The position numbers were made by a program, and so were the translations under genes. A DNA stretch of 32,000 nucleotides from NCBI GenBank assembly GCA_021650915.1, contig CP091279.1, forward strand, positions 510,001 through 542,000, read 5' to 3'. Each line of letters starts with the position of its first letter. Position 1 is the stretch's first letter. Positions 29,804-32,000 of this stretch are shown piece by piece. The DNA comes from Candidatus Brocadia sp. (GTDB lineage Bacteria; Planctomycetota; Brocadiia; Brocadiales; Brocadiaceae). A model generated the notes under the pieces. It was not told the origin of the DNA and ran no database searches. It worked only from the letters and a program-made list of their open reading frames with translations.

Positions 29804-32000
29804 CTTTCGAAGAATCCTTCACGCCACGGATACCCGTATCCACATACCGGCTTCAATTCAACGGACATTTTACTTTTCCTGATGCGCGTGGGGTTATTTC
29901 ATACCTTCATCACCTCGGCATCTCGGACATCTACGCTTCACCCTATTTTAAAGCAAAAGAGGGCAGCCTTCACGGCTACGATATTGTTGCCCATAATATG
30001 ATAAATCCGGAAATCGGCACAGAAGAGGAATACAACGAAATGATCCGTGAACTCCGGAAATATGGGATGGGACAAATTCTCGATATTGTTCCCAACCACA
30101 TGTGCATTACCAGTAACGAGAATAGCTGGTGGATGGACGTCCTTGAGAATGGGCCAAGTTCCGTCTATGCTGATTTCTTTGACATAGACTGGGAACCCGT
30201 AAAGATTGAGTTAAAAAATAAGGTGCTTATCCCTATTTTAAACGATCAGTATGGTAATGTGCTCGAAAGACAGGAATTGCAGCTTGCCTTCGAGAACGGC
30301 GATTTCTTCCTTTCTTATTTTCAGCATAAATTCCCCATAAGGCCAAAGACATATAGAGACATACTACAGCATGGCATCGATAGGCTGAAAAATCATCTCT
30401 CTCCTGAAGACCCTAATTTGAATGAGCTTTTAAGTATTATCACGGCATTAAATCACTTGCCCCCATACACGGAGAAGGATCAGGAAAAGATTGCTGAACG
30501 ATACCGCGAGAAGGAAATTATAAAGAAACGATTATGGAATCTCTATCGTGAAATTCAGGAGATTCAGGCATTCATAAATGAAACGGTAAAAATGTTTAAT
30601 GGAGTAAAGGAAAAGTCCGAAAGCTTTGATCCTCTGGACCATCTCCTTAATCAACAGATATACAGACTCTCAAAATGGAGCGTAGCTACTGAGGAAATAA
30701 ACTACCGGAGATTCTTCGATATCAATGACCTTGCAGCTATCAGAATGGAAAACCCGTTTGTTTTTAAAGAAACCCATACCCTGATTTTTAAACTTATCAG
30801 GAATGGGGCGGTTACTGGCTTGAGAATTGACCATCCTGACGGACTCTATAACCCTTCGGAATATTTCCGCAGGTTGCAGAGAAACTGTTTTCTTCATAAA
30901 AGACTGAATCTTACCGGAACTCTAGCGGAAACTCCCGATGGAGAGACTGCGCTACTGAGGCAATACCAGGAGCTTCTATCAAAAGATTCCCAGATGAAGG
31001 CCTTTTATATCGTTGGCGAAAAAATCTTTATCAAAGGAGAAAAGATGCCTGAAGACTGGCCCATCTTCGGCACGACAGGGTATGTCTTTTTAAACTCCCT
31101 GAATGGCATCTTTGTTGAGACCACGAATGCAAAAATATTTGACGATATATACGGCAGATTTATCAGGTCAAAGGTCGTTTTTCAAAAGGTTGTTTATGAA
31201 AAGAAAAAATTAATTATGGAAGTGATCATGTCGAGTGAAGTCAATACCCTGGGGCATTACCTGAACCGGTTGTCGGAAAAAAACCGGCTTACAAGAGATT
31301 TTACCCTGAACAGCCTCACAAACGCTATAAAGGAAGTCATCGCCTTCTTCCCGGTGTACAGAACCTATATAAAACCATCCGAGGTGACAGAAAGGGACCG
31401 GCGGTATATTGAGATTGCCGTGTCAAAGGCAAAAAGAAATAATCCTGCTATGAGCGAATCAGTTTTTGACTTTCTCAAAGACGTTCTTTTGTTGAAATAT
31501 CCTGAAAATTTTAAGGATGCCGATCAAAAAGAATGGCTTGACTTCGTCATGAAGTTTCAGCAGGTCACCGGACCGGTCACAGCGAAAGGGCTTGAGGATA
31601 CGACCTTTTATATTTATAACCGTCTCGTTTCTCTCAACGAAGTGGGAGGAAGTCCGGAAAGATTTGGCGTACTCATGGAGACCTTTCATGGACAAAACAT
31701 AGAAAGATGCAAGTTCTGGCCTCACACCCTTATTGCCACCACCACCCATGACTCAAAACGCAGTGAAGATGTGCGGGCAAGGATTAATGTCTTGTCGGAA
31801 ATTCCTGATGAATGGAGATCCTGTTTAACGCGGTGGAGACGACTAAACAAAAAAAATGCCGTCGTTGCAGAAGGCCAGACGATACCGGATCCGAATGAGG
31901 AATACCTGCTGTACCAGACCCTTGTAGGTGCATGGCCCATTGAACCAATGACCATATCGGGATACGAGATATTCAAGAAACGGATTAAAGATTACCTGGT
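29800..32000 (+). CDS. treY: Malto-oligosyltrehalose synthase (GH13), 3' end outside window
   Basis: Absent from the ORF track because there is no stop in the window. I translated it by hand. The ATG at 29800 overlaps the treZ TGA (ATGA). Sequence reads [61 protein letters not shown], then LDIVPNHM. In frame at 31720 it reads [32 protein letters not shown]. Confidence 0.9.
   Translation, partial: [733 protein letters not shown]

Overview
This is a gene-dense 32-kb bacterial chromosomal segment. I see no rRNA, tRNA, CRISPR array, intact IS or phage genes. The gene content and intergenic repeats suggest an anammox-type planctomycete (Brocadiales-like), but that is unverified inference. Left part: the 3' portion of an SBBP beta-propeller repeat protein whose 5' end lies outside the window, then a VOC/glyoxalase-fold gene converging on a TetR regulator. 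Next comes a minus-strand block of transport and sensing genes. It holds a NarK-type (NNP) nitrate/nitrite MFS transporter, a Cache-domain membrane sensor with a CXXCH motif and no output domain, and a CPA2 cation:proton antiporter with a ~335-aa low-complexity N-terminal extension. It continues with a 1.2-kb repeat-filled noncoding stretch, a small CARDB-like lipoprotein, an FNT (FocA/NirC-type) channel with a clean intrinsic terminator, a membrane-anchored coiled-coil protein, and a Cache-HAMP-PAS-PAS-PAS sensor that also lacks an output domain. The right half (16.5 kb to the window end, plus strand) is a trehalose supercluster: otsA-otsB, an internally duplicated unknown protein, treT, a CBS-pair protein, an ArsB/NhaD-type permease, a four-gene sugar ABC transporter in G-K-E-F order, a MITE-like insertion, then treZ-treY (treY runs off the right edge). 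The best candidate for something undescribed is the pair of paralogous output-less Cache sensors, each directly upstream of a nitrogen-oxyanion transporter gene. One carries a c-heme motif. A fusion-versus-split relationship links these sensors to the coiled-coil membrane protein. Other points of interest are a modular head/core/tail intergenic repeat family with a nested hairpin insertion, a shared GTATAC-N4-GTATAC motif upstream of two minus-strand genes, and a 143-bp MITE-like element with a 9-bp direct duplication. All functional calls come from reading motifs by eye; no database search was run.
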